Shown: in pieces, positions 6,899-19,342 of the stretch | Numbering within the stretch: the stretch's first letter is position 1 | Layout: each line of letters begins with the position of its first letter | Assembly: GCF_001466305.1 (NCBI RefSeq) | Contig: NZ_JWID01000007.1 | Coordinates: 10,061-42,060 of the forward strand | DNA from: Defluviitalea phaphyphila | Lineage (GTDB): Bacteria > Bacillota > Clostridia > Lachnospirales > Defluviitaleaceae | DNA: 32,000 nt | Reading direction: 5' to 3' | Notes under the pieces: model-generated | What the model was told of the DNA's origin: nothing | Seen by the model: only the letters and a program-made list of their open reading frames with translations | The model's database searches: none | Position numbers and translations under genes: made by a program

Positions 6899-7569
6899 TT
6901 TTTATTCCCCCCATTAATTTATTAAAATATAAAATATATTTAGCACTAATTTTTTAATTCTATAAAAGTTTTAAAAATCCTTTTTTTAAATAATAAAAAA
7001 ATTTAAACTTTGTATTTATTTAAAGAAATAAAAAATATTTATTTTATATAATTCTTTTTATAATAAAAATATCTAATGAAAATTTTATAATTATAAATTT
7101 TAAAATATTAATGTTCAACATTCATGCAAGAAAGTTTTCAAATTCACTTATTAGATAGAATATTTTGAGTTTTACAAGACTCATTTTTAAATCTATAATT
7201 AAATTTTTCAGTAAACTAATGATGTGTTTTTCTAATTTTTAAAATTCTTAAGTTGAATAGGAATTATAATTTGAGTAAAATTAATGTATTAGTCTTTGTT
7301 TAAAAATTTTTCGTTAATATTAATAAGTATATAAAAATGATTTAAACAAAAGTTCATTTTATTAGTTTCTATACAAATATCGTTATATATATATAAGAAG
7401 ACGCAATTATAATTCAATATTTTCTTTTTTCAAAATATGATAAAGGGCACAAAAAGGACATTTAGTTTTTAAAAAAACACCATAAGAGGTATAGTATAAT
7501 TTTTTTCTCATTAATATTACTTTATAAATTGCTTTGTATTCATGAATATATTTAGGAAGGAAGAATAAT

Positions 7570-8445
7570 ATGTTTTATGAACAAGTTGAAAATAAGGTTA
7601 TACTTAAAAAAATAGGTAGTTTTGATATAGAACAGACATTAGAATGTGGGCAGTGTTTTAGATTTTACAAAATTGCTAAGCATAATTATATTGTTATTGC
7701 CAAGAAAAGAGTATTAAACATTGTACAAAATGAGGATGAGATTATTTTTTATCCAACTTCAATTAAAGAATTTGAGAATTTATGGATAGATTACTTTGAT
7801 TTAAAAAGAGATTATGATATAATTAAACAACGTTTGGCAAAAATTGATAAATATTTATTTAATGCGGTTAAATTTGCTCCAGGGATTCGTATTTTAAATC
7901 AAGATCCTTGGGAATGCCTTATTTCATTTATTATTTCGCAAAATAAGCAAATACCTCATATAAAAAAGATTGTTGAGAACATAAGTAAAAGATTTGGTAG
8001 ACCGATTTCTAGCATTGAAAATAAAGAGTATTATACTTTTCCAACAGTTGAAAAGTTAATGTTAGCTACAGAAGAAGATATAAGAGAATGTAAAGCAGGG
8101 TTTAGAGCTCCTTATATAATAGATGCATGTATAAAAATAAAAAATGGAGAAGTTAATTTAGAAAATCTTAAAGATTTATCTTACGAAAAAGCTAAAAAGG
8201 AATTGATGAAAATAAAAGGAGTAGGGCCTAAGATTGCAGATTGTGTTTTACTTTTTAGTATAGGAAAGAGAGAAGCATTTCCTGTAGATGTCTGGGTTAA
8301 ACGAGTTATGGAATATTTTTATTTTAATCAAAATGTACAATTAAAAGATATTCAAAATTTTGCAAAAAAATACTTTGGAGAATTAGCAGGTTATGCACAA
8401 CAGTATTTATTTTATTATGCAAGAGAACTAAAACTTGGGAAATAG
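7570..8445 (+). CDS. ogg: 8-oxoguanine DNA glycosylase / DNA lyase (Ogg1-type, HhH-GPD superfamily)
   Basis: 291 aa. N-terminal LECGQCFRF motif, HhH-GPD element IKGVGPKIADCVLLFS and downstream FPVDVWVKR, as in the clostridial Ogg enzymes. Confidence 0.8.
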   Translation: MFYEQVENKVILKKIGSFDIEQTLECGQCFRFYKIAKHNYIVIAKKRVLNIVQNEDEIIFYPTSIKEFENLWIDYFDLKRDYDIIKQRLAKIDKYLFNAVKFAPGIRILNQDPWECLISFIISQNKQIPHIKKIVENISKRFGRPISSIENKEYYTFPTVEKLMLATEEDIRECKAGFRAPYIIDACIKIKNGEVNLENLKDLSYEKAKKELMKIKGVGPKIADCVLLFSIGKREAFPVDVWVKRVMEYFYFNQNVQLKDIQNFAKKYFGELAGYAQQYLFYYARELKLGK

Positions 8446-8456
8446 GGGAGAATTAT

Positions 8457-9209
8457 ATGATAGGAACAATTGTAAATGTGTTAGCTATTTTTTGTGGAAG
8501 CTTTTTAGGTATATTTATAAAAAATGGATTAAAAGAAGAATATAAAAATATTGTTTTTCAAGGCATTTCTTTGTCTGTATTATTTATTGGAATATCTGGA
8601 ACTATCAGCAATATGACAGAACCAGGAAGTCATCCAATTTTATTTATTATTAGTCTTATTATAGGTGGGCTTTTAGGACAATGGTGGAATATTGAATTAA
8701 GGCTTGAAAAATTAGGGAATTTAATTCAAAAAAAGATACAAAAAGAAAAAAAAGAATCAAACATAGCTCAGGGTTTTGTATCTGCTAGTTTACTTTTTTG
8801 TGTTGGAACCATGGCAATTATGGGGGCATTAGAAAGTGGATTACAAGGAGGTCATAAAACTTTATTTGCAAAATCTATATTAGATGGAGTTACATCTATT
8901 ATACTATCTTCTACTTTAGGTATAGGAGTAGCTCTATCTGGAATATCAGTACTTATTTATCAAGGGAGTATAACTTTACTTGCAAAGTGGATAGAACCAT
9001 ATATGACAGTGGATATGATTCGTGAAATTTCTATAGTAGGAGGTATTTTAATTTTTTCTATAGGATTAAATATGTTAGAAATTAAAAAGATTAAAGTTGG
9101 GAATTTACTTCCTGCAATATTAATCCCTCTTATATATTATCTTCCTTTTATTCAAAAAATTATTGCAAAAATTAATTTTTATTTTGGACAAATTTTTAAT
9201 ATTATATAA
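8457..9209 (+). CDS. DUF554-family membrane protein (YqgA/YdfK-like)
   Basis: 250 aa. The N-terminus MIGTIVNVLAIFCGSFLGIF and the overall multi-TM layout resemble DUF554 proteins. Lies 11 nt downstream of ogg, so it is probably co-transcribed. Confidence 0.65.
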   Translation: MIGTIVNVLAIFCGSFLGIFIKNGLKEEYKNIVFQGISLSVLFIGISGTISNMTEPGSHPILFIISLIIGGLLGQWWNIELRLEKLGNLIQKKIQKEKKESNIAQGFVSASLLFCVGTMAIMGALESGLQGGHKTLFAKSILDGVTSIILSSTLGIGVALSGISVLIYQGSITLLAKWIEPYMTVDMIREISIVGGILIFSIGLNMLEIKKIKVGNLLPAILIPLIYYLPFIQKIIAKINFYFGQIFNII

Positions 9210-9298
9210 AATAAAGAGTAATTGAAAGAAAAACAGAGAATACTTATAATAAATGATGGAAATAATATATAAGGGGATAATACAAGGTAAAAATCCCC

Positions 9299-9327
9299 TT
9301 GCATAATATTAGTGCTTTTATTAATAT
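9299..9327 (+). promoter_or_regulatory. Sigma-A promoter of groESL
   Basis: TTGCAT (9299-9304), 17-nt spacer, TAATAT (9322-9327), immediately upstream of the CIRCE operator. Confidence 0.6.
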
Positions 9328-9338
9328 TAATTTTGTAA

Positions 9339-9365
9339 TTAGCACTCAATCATGATGAGTGCTAA
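9339..9365 (+). promoter_or_regulatory. CIRCE operator (HrcA binding site)
   Basis: TTAGCACTC-AATCATGAT-GAGTGCTAA is an exact match to the CIRCE consensus TTAGCACTC-N9-GAGTGCTAA. It lies 49 nt upstream of groES. Confidence 0.95.
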
Positions 9366-9413
9366 TAAAATTGAAAAAATAGAAAAAGTACATAATTTGA
9401 AGGAGGTCATAAA

Positions 9414-9701
9414 ATGAAATTAAGACCATTAGGAGACAGAGTTGTTATTAAACAGTTAGAAGCTGAAGAAAAAACAAAATCAGGAATAGTTCTTCCAAAT
9501 CAAGCTAAGGAAAAACCACAGGAAGCAGAAGTTGTAGCAGTAGGTCCTGGAGGAGTAGTAGATGGTAAAGAAGTTAAAATGGAAGTTAAAGTTGGAGATA
9601 GAGTAATTTATTCTAAATATGCAGGTACAGAAGTAAAAATTGATTCTGAAGAGTATATAATCTTAAAGCAAAGTGATATTTTAGCGATTGTAGAACAATA
9701 A
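9414..9701 (+). CDS. groES: Co-chaperonin GroES
   Basis: 95 aa beginning [13 protein letters not shown], with KSGIVLP and [14 protein letters not shown], the canonical Cpn10 pattern. Confidence 0.97.
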   Translation: MKLRPLGDRVVIKQLEAEEKTKSGIVLPNQAKEKPQEAEVVAVGPGGVVDGKEVKMEVKVGDRVIYSKYAGTEVKIDSEEYIILKQSDILAIVEQ

Positions 9702-9724
9702 TAAATATAATAAAGGAGGATTAA

Positions 9725-11353
<1,629 letters not shown>

Positions 11354-11368
11354 GAATAATGTAGCAAG

Positions 11369-11403
11369 AAAACAGCTTGCCATTTTGGCAAGCTGTTTTC
11401 TTG
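11369..11403 (+). terminator. Intrinsic terminator of groESL
   Basis: Perfect 13-bp stem AAAACAGCTTGCC / GGCAAGCTGTTTT with loop ATTTT and a T-rich tail. Confidence 0.85.
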
Positions 11404-11459
11404 ATATTTAGAATTTTTTATGTTACCATATATTAAAAATAATCAAAAGGGGCGTCATT

Positions 11460-11972
11460 ATGGGAGATATTTTTAAAGAACAATTAGTTCATAAAAATAA
11501 AACTAAAAAAGATAAAATTATAAGTGGATTAATAATTTTGGGGGCAATTTTTATTATATTATTATCTATAAGTATTATTAGAAATTTAACATTACTTATA
11601 ATATTAATTTTAATAGCAGGATATGGTGCATATTGGTTTATCCAAAGACAAAATATAGAATATGAATATGTTTTTACTAATGGAGATTTAGATATTGATA
11701 AAATTATTAATAAAAGCAGTAGAAAAAGAGTATTAAGTACTTCAGTTAAAAATTTTGAAATAATGGCTCATGTAGAGGATAAAAATTATGAACATGAACT
11801 TAGTAATTTTGAAAAAATTTTAGATTTTAGTAGTGGAGAAGTAAAATCAAATACTTATGCAGCTTTATTTATGTATGAAAATCAAAAAGTAAAAATGATA
11901 TTTGAACCGAATGAAGAAATATTAAAAGGGATTTTAAACTATATTCCAAGGAAATTACATATAAAAAAATAA
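11460..11972 (+). CDS. Hypothetical membrane protein (two predicted TM helices, then a soluble domain)
   Basis: 170 aa. Hydrophobic stretch IISGLIILGAIFIILLSISIIRNLTLLIILILIAGYGAYWF. GGGGCG RBS-like sequence upstream. I recognise no family motif with confidence. Confidence 0.55.
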   Translation: MGDIFKEQLVHKNKTKKDKIISGLIILGAIFIILLSISIIRNLTLLIILILIAGYGAYWFIQRQNIEYEYVFTNGDLDIDKIINKSSRKRVLSTSVKNFEIMAHVEDKNYEHELSNFEKILDFSSGEVKSNTYAALFMYENQKVKMIFEPNEEILKGILNYIPRKLHIKK

Positions 11973-11987
11973 ATATATAATATTTAA

Positions 11988-13577
<1,590 letters not shown>

Positions 13578-13588
13578 AATATAATATT

Positions 13589-13620
13589 AAATCCGGATTG
13601 ACAAAAGTCTTTCCGGATTT
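13589..13620 (+). terminator. Hairpin downstream of guaB (weak intrinsic terminator candidate)
   Basis: AAATCCGGA (13589-13597) pairs with TCCGGATTT (13612-13620), with an inner GAC/GTC pairing. Only a short U-tract follows. Confidence 0.4.
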
Positions 13621-13625
13621 AAATA

Positions 13626-13691
13626 TTGTCCGAACATTTTATACAAGATTAATAATAATGTTTGACAATACTATTTTTTCTCATGTATGAT
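13626..13691 (+). promoter_or_regulatory. Candidate guaA promoter overlapped by a PurBox-like pair
   Basis: TTGTCCGAACATT (13626-13638) matches 11/13 positions of the B. subtilis PurBox AWWWCCGAACWWT. An inverted, weaker box AATGTTTGACAAT (13657-13669) lies 18 nt away and overlaps TTGACA (13662-13667). The -10 TATGAT is at 13686-13691. Confidence 0.35.
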
Positions 13692-13769
13692 ATTTATATT
13701 AACAAGTTTTTGTAATGATATTTGTTAAAAAGGTAATAATTTTGTTAAATAAAATTTAGGAGGAACATT

Positions 13770-15305
13770 ATGAATCACGAGCTTATTATAGTATTGGACT
13801 TTGGAGGACAGTATAATCAGCTTATAGCTAGAAGAGTAAGAGAAGCCAATGTATATTGTGAAGTACTTCCTTATGATACTTCTCTTAATAAAATAAAAGA
13901 AAAAAAGCCTAAAGGAATAATTTTTACAGGAGGACCTAGCGTAGTTTATGAAGAAAAAGCGCCTATGGTAGAAAAAGAGTTATTTAATTTAGGAATACCA
14001 ATATTGGGAATTTGCTATGGTTCTCAACTTATGGGGTATATACTAGGAGGAAAAGTTGCTAAAGCCGAACAAAGGGAGTATGGAAAAACAGATATTAATA
14101 TTTGCACAAACAATCCGTTATTTAAAAATGTAGAAGAAAAAACTACTTGTTGGATGAGCCATACTTATTATATTAGTGAACCTCCAGAAGGATTTGAAGT
14201 AATAGCTAAGACTAATACTTGTCCAGTGGCAGCTATGGCAGATATAAAAAGAAATTTATATGGAGTTCAGTTTCACCCAGAAGTTATGCATACTCCAGAA
14301 GGAATTAAAATAATTAAAAACTTTTTATATAATGTATGTAATTGTAGTGGAGATTGGATTATGAAAGATTTTGCAGAAGAATCTATAAAAAAATTAAAAG
14401 AAAAAATAGGGAATAAAAAAGTGCTTTGTGCTTTATCAGGAGGAGTAGATTCTTCTGTTGCAGCAGTATTAATTCATAAAGCAGTAGGTAAACAATTGAC
14501 TTGTATTTTTGTAGATCACGGACTTCTAAGAAAAAATGAAGGAGACGAAGTAGAAAAGGTATTTAAAGAAGAATTTGATATGAATCTTATTCGTGTCAAT
14601 GCTCAAGATAGATTTTTAAAAAGATTAGAAAAAGTAACAGATCCTGAAACAAAAAGAAAGATAATTGGAGAAGAATTTATAAGAGTATTTGAAGCTGAAG
14701 CTAAAAAAATAGGAACAGTAGATTTCTTAGTTCAAGGAACAATTTATCCAGATGTTATAGAAAGTGGAACAAAAAATGCTGCAGTAATAAAAAGCCATCA
14801 TAACGTAGGGGGGCTTCCTGATTATGTAGATTTCAAAGAGATAATAGAACCTTTAAGAGATCTTTTTAAGGATGAAGTAAGAAATCTAGGTCGTGCATTA
14901 GGAATTCCAGAATTTTTAGTATCAAGACAACCTTTTCCAGGTCCAGGACTTGCAATTCGTATTATAGGAGATATAACAAGAGAAAAAATAGCTATTCTTC
15001 AAGAAGCAGATTATATATACAGAGAAGAAATAAAAAATGCAGGTTTAGATAAAGAAATAGGACAATACTTTGCAGTACTTACAAATCTACGTTCAGTAGG
15101 AGTAATGGGAGATGAAAGAACTTATAGTTATACTATAGCTCTTCGTGGAGTATCAACAACAGATTTTATGACAGCAGATTGGGCTAGAATACCCCATGAT
15201 GTATTAGCAAAAATATCAAATAGAATTGTAAATGAAGTAGAACATGTAAATAGAGTAGTATATGATATTACAAGTAAGCCACCAGCAACTATAGAGTGGG
15301 AGTAA
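13770..15305 (+). CDS. guaA: GMP synthase (glutamine-hydrolysing)
   Basis: 511 aa. GATase domain ([17 protein letters not shown]), ATP-pyrophosphatase P-loop (SGGVDSSV) and a C-terminal PPATIEWE. Confidence 0.97.
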   Translation: MNHELIIVLDFGGQYNQLIARRVREANVYCEVLPYDTSLNKIKEKKPKGIIFTGGPSVVYEEKAPMVEKELFNLGIPILGICYGSQLMGYILGGKVAKAEQREYGKTDINICTNNPLFKNVEEKTTCWMSHTYYISEPPEGFEVIAKTNTCPVAAMADIKRNLYGVQFHPEVMHTPEGIKIIKNFLYNVCNCSGDWIMKDFAEESIKKLKEKIGNKKVLCALSGGVDSSVAAVLIHKAVGKQLTCIFVDHGLLRKNEGDEVEKVFKEEFDMNLIRVNAQDRFLKRLEKVTDPETKRKIIGEEFIRVFEAEAKKIGTVDFLVQGTIYPDVIESGTKNAAVIKSHHNVGGLPDYVDFKEIIEPLRDLFKDEVRNLGRALGIPEFLVSRQPFPGPGLAIRIIGDITREKIAILQEADYIYREEIKNAGLDKEIGQYFAVLTNLRSVGVMGDERTYSYTIALRGVSTTDFMTADWARIPHDVLAKISNRIVNEVEHVNRVVYDITSKPPATIEWE

Positions 15306-15318
15306 TTAATGAGTTAAA

Positions 15319-15349
15319 TCTTCTTATCAATTTGATAAGAAGGTTTTTT
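15319..15349 (+). terminator. Intrinsic terminator of guaA
   Basis: TCTTCTTATCA (15319-15329) pairs with TGATAAGAAGG (15333-15343) around a 3-nt loop, followed by TTTTTT. Confidence 0.7.
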
Positions 15350-15436
15350 ATTATAACTAAATAGTGCTTTTTAAAAAAAGAGAATTAGTTCTATGAATTT
15401 GCAGTAATTTATATTTATTGAACATAATAAGAAAGG

Positions 15437-15664
15437 ATGAATATTATGTTAAAGTTTATTCAATACATAAAAAATAAGTTAACTAAAGGATATAAAAGAT
15501 GCTATATTATTCATTCAAATACTAGTGGTAAATTTTATATTTGTAGAGTATTAAATATATACGACAGTGAAGAAGAAGCAATAGATAATTTAACTAATTT
15601 ATTAAATCATAACATAAATGAAGAATGCTTATTAAGTAATTTTAGTAAAAGACAAGAATTATAA
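15437..15664 (+). CDS. Hypothetical small protein (75 aa; the start may instead be the second ATG at 15446)
   Basis: ORF preceded by GAAAGGA. No recognisable motif. Flanked by long AT-rich spacers. Confidence 0.35.
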   Translation: MNIMLKFIQYIKNKLTKGYKRCYIIHSNTSGKFYICRVLNIYDSEEEAIDNLTNLLNHNINEECLLSNFSKRQEL

Positions 15665-15858
15665 ATATTTTATTTAGAATTTTTATTTTTATAATTATTT
15701 TGATTAAATTATATTTTTATAAAATTTTAATTTTATTTTTTGTTGTAAATTTTTAAAATATTATCTATAATATGATAAAATATTAGTAATTCCTTGAGTA
15801 ACTTTTGTAAAAGTATTTGTTTATATAAAATAATTTTATTAGAAAAGAGTGAATTTTA

Positions 15859-16620
15859 ATGGCGAAAAAATTATTTTGTGAACTAAATCCCATAACATAT
15901 AAAATATCTGTTTTTAAAGGAATTTTCTTTAGAAAATTAAAATGGTTAATGAATAGAAATATATATGCAAAGGAGTTTAAAAAAAGGAAGTTACCTATAA
16001 AAGTGTATGAGCATAAATCACTAATAAGAAGAAAATTCGAGGGTGTAGATATGAGACTTCAGGAAAATAAAGCAGTAAATTTGGCTTTAGCAGTTCCTAA
16101 GATTAATGGTATTATTATTAAACCTAAAGAAGTGTTTTCATTTTGGAAGTTAGTAGGCTCCTGTACTAAGTTAAAAGGGTATAAAGATGGATTAATAATA
16201 AAAGCTGGGAAAGTAGACCACGGAATAGGTGGAGGAATGTGTCAATTTACTAATTTAATTCACTGGATGATATTGCATAGTCCTCTGACAATTATAGAAC
16301 ATCATCATCATGATAATATAGATATGTTTCCAGATTATGAAAGGAAAGTTCCCTTTGGTACGGGCACTTCTATTATGTATAATTATTTAGATTATCAGTT
16401 TATTAATAATACTAATCAAACATTTCAGTTAATTATATATACTACAGATAAATATCTTTGTGGAGAATTAAGAACGGATAAAGAATTAGATCATTTTTAT
16501 CACATAGTAGAAGAAAACAGTTATTTTACAAAAGAAGGTGATGAGTATTATAGAAATAATGAAATATATAGAATAGAAATAGATAAAAAACAGGAAAATA
16601 TCTTAGTAAAACCTTACTAA
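15859..16620 (+). CDS. VanW-family protein, probably C-terminally truncated by a frameshift in an A6 run
   Basis: 253 aa. The VanW core is present: ENKAVNLALAVPKINGIIIKPKEVFSFW...GYKDG...GIGGGMCQFTNLIHW. The +1 frame opens exactly at the A-run (16585-16590) and continues without a stop to 16685 with a plausible protein sequence. Confidence 0.75.
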   Translation: MAKKLFCELNPITYKISVFKGIFFRKLKWLMNRNIYAKEFKKRKLPIKVYEHKSLIRRKFEGVDMRLQENKAVNLALAVPKINGIIIKPKEVFSFWKLVGSCTKLKGYKDGLIIKAGKVDHGIGGGMCQFTNLIHWMILHSPLTIIEHHHHDNIDMFPDYERKVPFGTGTSIMYNYLDYQFINNTNQTFQLIIYTTDKYLCGELRTDKELDHFYHIVEENSYFTKEGDEYYRNNEIYRIEIDKKQENILVKPY

Positions 16621-16798
16621 TAAAAAATCATGCCCAAGTTCTTTATGATAAAAAATATATACCAGTTGATGTGATTAGACATTAATAATAAATTTGATGT
16701 ATAGACAAATAGATCTATACTATTTTATAATATAGTGAATAATATATAAAATAATTCAAATCATAGAAGTGATAATACATAATATAGGAGGAACTTAA

Positions 16799-17473
16799 AT
16801 GGAAAATAAAGAATTAGCAGCTATGATAGATCATACTATGTTAAAGCCAGACGCTAAGGAAGAAGATATAAAAAAATTATGTGAGGAAGCTATGGAATAT
16901 GGATTTGCTACAGTATGTGTCAATCCTTGTTATGTGCCCATGGCAAAACATTTGCTTAGAGATAGTGATGTTGGAATTACAACTGTAATAGGATTTCCTT
17001 TAGGAGCTACTGCTAGTAATATAAAAGCAGCAGAAGCAGTAGATGCCATTGAAAATGGAGCTACAGATGTGGATATGGTAATTAATATAGGGGCATTAAA
17101 AGATAAAAAATATGATTATGTAAGAGATGATATAAAAACAGTAGTAGAAGCAGTTAATAAAAGAGCTATAGTTAAAGTTATTATAGAAACTTATTTTTTA
17201 ACTGATGAAGAAAAAGAAAAAGCTTGTCTTTTAGCAAAGGAAGCAGGAGCAGATTTCGTAAAAACTTCTACAGGATTTTTAGGAGGAGGAGCAACAAAAC
17301 ATGATATAGAGTTGATGAGAAAAACTGTAGGAGATGTTATGGGAGTAAAGGCATCTGGAGGAGTAAGAACTAGAAAAGATGCGGAAATTCTTATTAAGGC
17401 AGGTGCTACTCGTATAGGAGCGTCAGCTTCAGTAGCAATTATAAATGGAGAAACAGGAAGTGGAAATTATTAA
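16799..17473 (+). CDS. deoC: Deoxyribose-phosphate aldolase
   Basis: 224 aa. Contains [28 protein letters not shown], the Schiff-base lysine context FVKTSTGF, and VKASGGVRT. Confidence 0.93.
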   Translation: MENKELAAMIDHTMLKPDAKEEDIKKLCEEAMEYGFATVCVNPCYVPMAKHLLRDSDVGITTVIGFPLGATASNIKAAEAVDAIENGATDVDMVINIGALKDKKYDYVRDDIKTVVEAVNKRAIVKVIIETYFLTDEEKEKACLLAKEAGADFVKTSTGFLGGGATKHDIELMRKTVGDVMGVKASGGVRTRKDAEILIKAGATRIGASASVAIINGETGSGNY

Positions 17474-17515
17474 TACCGAACATTTAAATAAAAAATATAT
17501 ATAAAGTTCGAAAAA
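17472..17515. promoter_or_regulatory. PurR operator candidate (inverted PurBox pair)
   Basis: AATACCGAACATT (17472-17484) matches AWWWCCGAACWWT at 13/13 positions. The inverted partner AAAGTTCGAAAAA (17503-17515) lies 18 nt away, immediately upstream of the -35. Confidence 0.6.
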
Positions 17516-17520
17516 AGTTG

Positions 17521-17550
17521 TTGACAAAAAACTATTTAATCTGATAAAAT
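17521..17550 (+). promoter_or_regulatory. Sigma-A promoter of the riboswitch-permease transcript
   Basis: TTGACA (17521-17526), 18-nt spacer, TAAAAT (17545-17550) preceded by TGA. Confidence 0.5.
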
Positions 17551-17589
17551 TAGTTCGTAAAAATTAATAGTAAAATTGAACGAAGGTTA

Positions 17590-17737
17590 TTCACTTATAT
17601 AAATCTAGAAATATGGTCTAGATGTTTCTACCGACAACCGTAAATTGTCTGGCTATGAGTGAAACGAATAGCTTATATAATTCTAATTCTGCAGGATTAG
17701 TGTGTTCGTTTCCTCATTTTGAGGGAGCGAATTTTTT
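17590..17737 (+). promoter_or_regulatory. Purine riboswitch, guanine/hypoxanthine class (C at the specificity position), with terminator expression platform
   Basis: Aptamer TTCACTTATATAAATCTAGAAATATGGTCTAGATGTTTCTACCGACAACCGTAAATTGTCTGGCTATGAGTGAA aligns to the xpt G-box (UAUAA..AUAUGG..GUUUCUACC..CCGUAAAU..CUAUG). The J3/1 junction reads GC before the P1 strand. Terminator: TTCGTTTCCTC / GAGGGAGCGAA plus T6 (17705-17737). The alternative pairing GAAACGAA (17661-17668) with TTCGTTTC would form the antiterminator. Confidence 0.9.
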
Positions 17738-17792
17738 ATTTGAAACAAGCTATTTGACTTTTTATCTAAATTATTTAAGGAGGATATTAAAA

Positions 17793-19166
17793 ATGACACA
17801 AGCAGGTAAAGGACCTCAAAGTAATAGTTTACTAGAAAAAGTGTTTAAACTCAGTCAGAATAACACGGATGTAAAAACAGAATTTATAGCTGGACTTACA
17901 ACATTTATGACAATGGCTTATATTTTAGCTGTAAACCCAATTCTACTAGGGGACCCAAATGTAGGAATGGATAAAGGAGCATTATTTACTGCTACTGCTT
18001 TAGCAGCAATTATTGGAACATTAGTAATGGGATTTTTAGCAAATTATCCTTTTGCTTTAGCTCCAGGTATGGGACTTAATGCATATTTTGTATATACTGT
18101 ATGTTTAAAGATGGGGTATAGTTGGAAAGTAGCTTTAGCAGCAGTATTTGTTGAGGGTATTATATTTATTCTTTTAACTTTCTTTAATGTACGAGAAGCA
18201 ATTTTTAATGCTATTCCACAATCTATGAAACATGCAGTAGGAGCAGGGATTGGTTTATTTATCACATTTATCGGATTACAAAATGCAAAAATTATTGTTG
18301 ATTCAGCAACTCTTGTAGAATTAGGGGATGTAACAGATGTAGTGCCATTCTTAGCTATAGTAGGAACTATTATTACAGGAATATTAGTTGTTAAAAAAGT
18401 AAAAGGGTCAATACTTATTGGGATTTTTACAACTTATGTATTAGGAATTATTGCAGAGTTAACAGGTTGGTATGTAGTTGACCCAGAAGCAGGAATGCTT
18501 AGTTTAATTCCTTCTAGTCTTTTTTCAGGACCACCAAGTATAGCACCTATTGCTTTTAAGCTTGATTTAAGTCAAATAGTATCTGTAAACTTTTTAATAG
18601 TTGTTTTTGCTTTCTTATTTGTTGATTTATTTGATACATTAGGAACTTTAATAGGAGTATCAAGTCAAGCTAACATGTTAGATAAGGATGGAAAACTTCC
18701 AAAGATTAAACAAGCTCTTTTTGCAGATGCAATAGCTACAACTGCTGGAGCATTACTTGGAACTTCCACAACAACTACTTATGTAGAAAGTGCTGCTGGA
18801 GTTGCAGAAGGAGGAAGAACAGGATTAACTGCTGTAGTTACAGCTATATTCTTTGGTATTGCTTTGTTATTTTCTCCTATCTTCTTAGCAGTACCAGGTT
18901 TTGCAACAGCACCAGCTCTTATTATAGTAGGTTTTATGATGATGCAATCTGTAAGTAAAATAGATTTTACAGATGCTAGAGAAGGAATTCCAGCATTTTT
19001 AACATTAGTTATGATGCCTTTAGCATATAGTATTTCAGAAGGTATTGTATTTGGTACAATATCCTATGTATTTATCAATGCTGTAACAGGAAAAGCAAAA
19101 AAAGTACATCCATTGATGTATGTTTTAGCTGTTGTGTTTATTTTAAAATTTATTGTTTCTAAATAA
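17793..19166 (+). CDS. NCS2/AzgA-family purine permease (guanine/hypoxanthine permease-like)
   Basis: The start is reassigned to the ATG at 17793 (AAGGAGG RBS at 17778-17784). The 57 upstream codons of the tracked ORF overlap the riboswitch. N-terminus LLEKVFKL..NNTDVKTEFIAGLTTFMTMAYILAVNP is typical of PbuG/PbuO-type permeases. Confidence 0.85.
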   Translation: MTQAGKGPQSNSLLEKVFKLSQNNTDVKTEFIAGLTTFMTMAYILAVNPILLGDPNVGMDKGALFTATALAAIIGTLVMGFLANYPFALAPGMGLNAYFVYTVCLKMGYSWKVALAAVFVEGIIFILLTFFNVREAIFNAIPQSMKHAVGAGIGLFITFIGLQNAKIIVDSATLVELGDVTDVVPFLAIVGTIITGILVVKKVKGSILIGIFTTYVLGIIAELTGWYVVDPEAGMLSLIPSSLFSGPPSIAPIAFKLDLSQIVSVNFLIVVFAFLFVDLFDTLGTLIGVSSQANMLDKDGKLPKIKQALFADAIATTAGALLGTSTTTTYVESAAGVAEGGRTGLTAVVTAIFFGIALLFSPIFLAVPGFATAPALIIVGFMMMQSVSKIDFTDAREGIPAFLTLVMMPLAYSISEGIVFGTISYVFINAVTGKAKKVHPLMYVLAVVFILKFIVSK

Positions 19167-19179
19167 AAAAATTAGATTT

Positions 19180-19287
19180 CTTTGTATGACTGGCGGAAGT
19201 GGGGAAACCACAGGGAGTACAAAGAAAAAATGCCGACCGCCTGGGCAAATAGATAATAAAAATCTATTGCTTCAGGTGGTTTTTTTA
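19180..19287 (+). promoter_or_regulatory. ZTP riboswitch (pfl motif) with terminator expression platform
   Basis: CTTTGTATGACTGGCGGAAGTGGGGAAACCACAGGGAGTACAAAG carries the conserved UGACUGGCG, GGGAAACC and GGGAG elements. The 3' subdomain is CCGACCGCCTGGGCA (19233-19247). CCGCCTGGGCAA can alternatively pair with TTGCTTCAGGTGG (19267-19279), which is followed by a T-run of 8. It sits directly upstream of purH, a classic ZTP target. Confidence 0.88.
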
Positions 19288-19342
19288 ATACAAAAATATA
19301 TTAATACTATTTTATATAATATAAATTGAAAGGAGTTTGAAA

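Noticed and set aside
6940-6947. TTAGCACT, a CIRCE half-site upstream of the OPT gene
   Set aside because: There is no inverted GAGTGCTAA partner at the required 9-nt spacing. An isolated 8-mer match is most likely chance.
16300-16311. Run of four CAT codons (HHHH) in the VanW-like gene, which resembles an engineered His-tag
   Set aside because: It is internal to the conserved VanW core (IIEHHHHDNIDMF), is only four residues long, and has no linker or cloning-site context. It is a natural sequence.
17622-17792. The 57-codon N-terminal extension of the permease ORF (MFLPTTVNCLAMSETN...)
   Set aside because: This stretch is the guanine riboswitch aptamer and terminator. A strong AAGGAGG RBS precedes the internal ATG at 17793, where the permease-like sequence begins.
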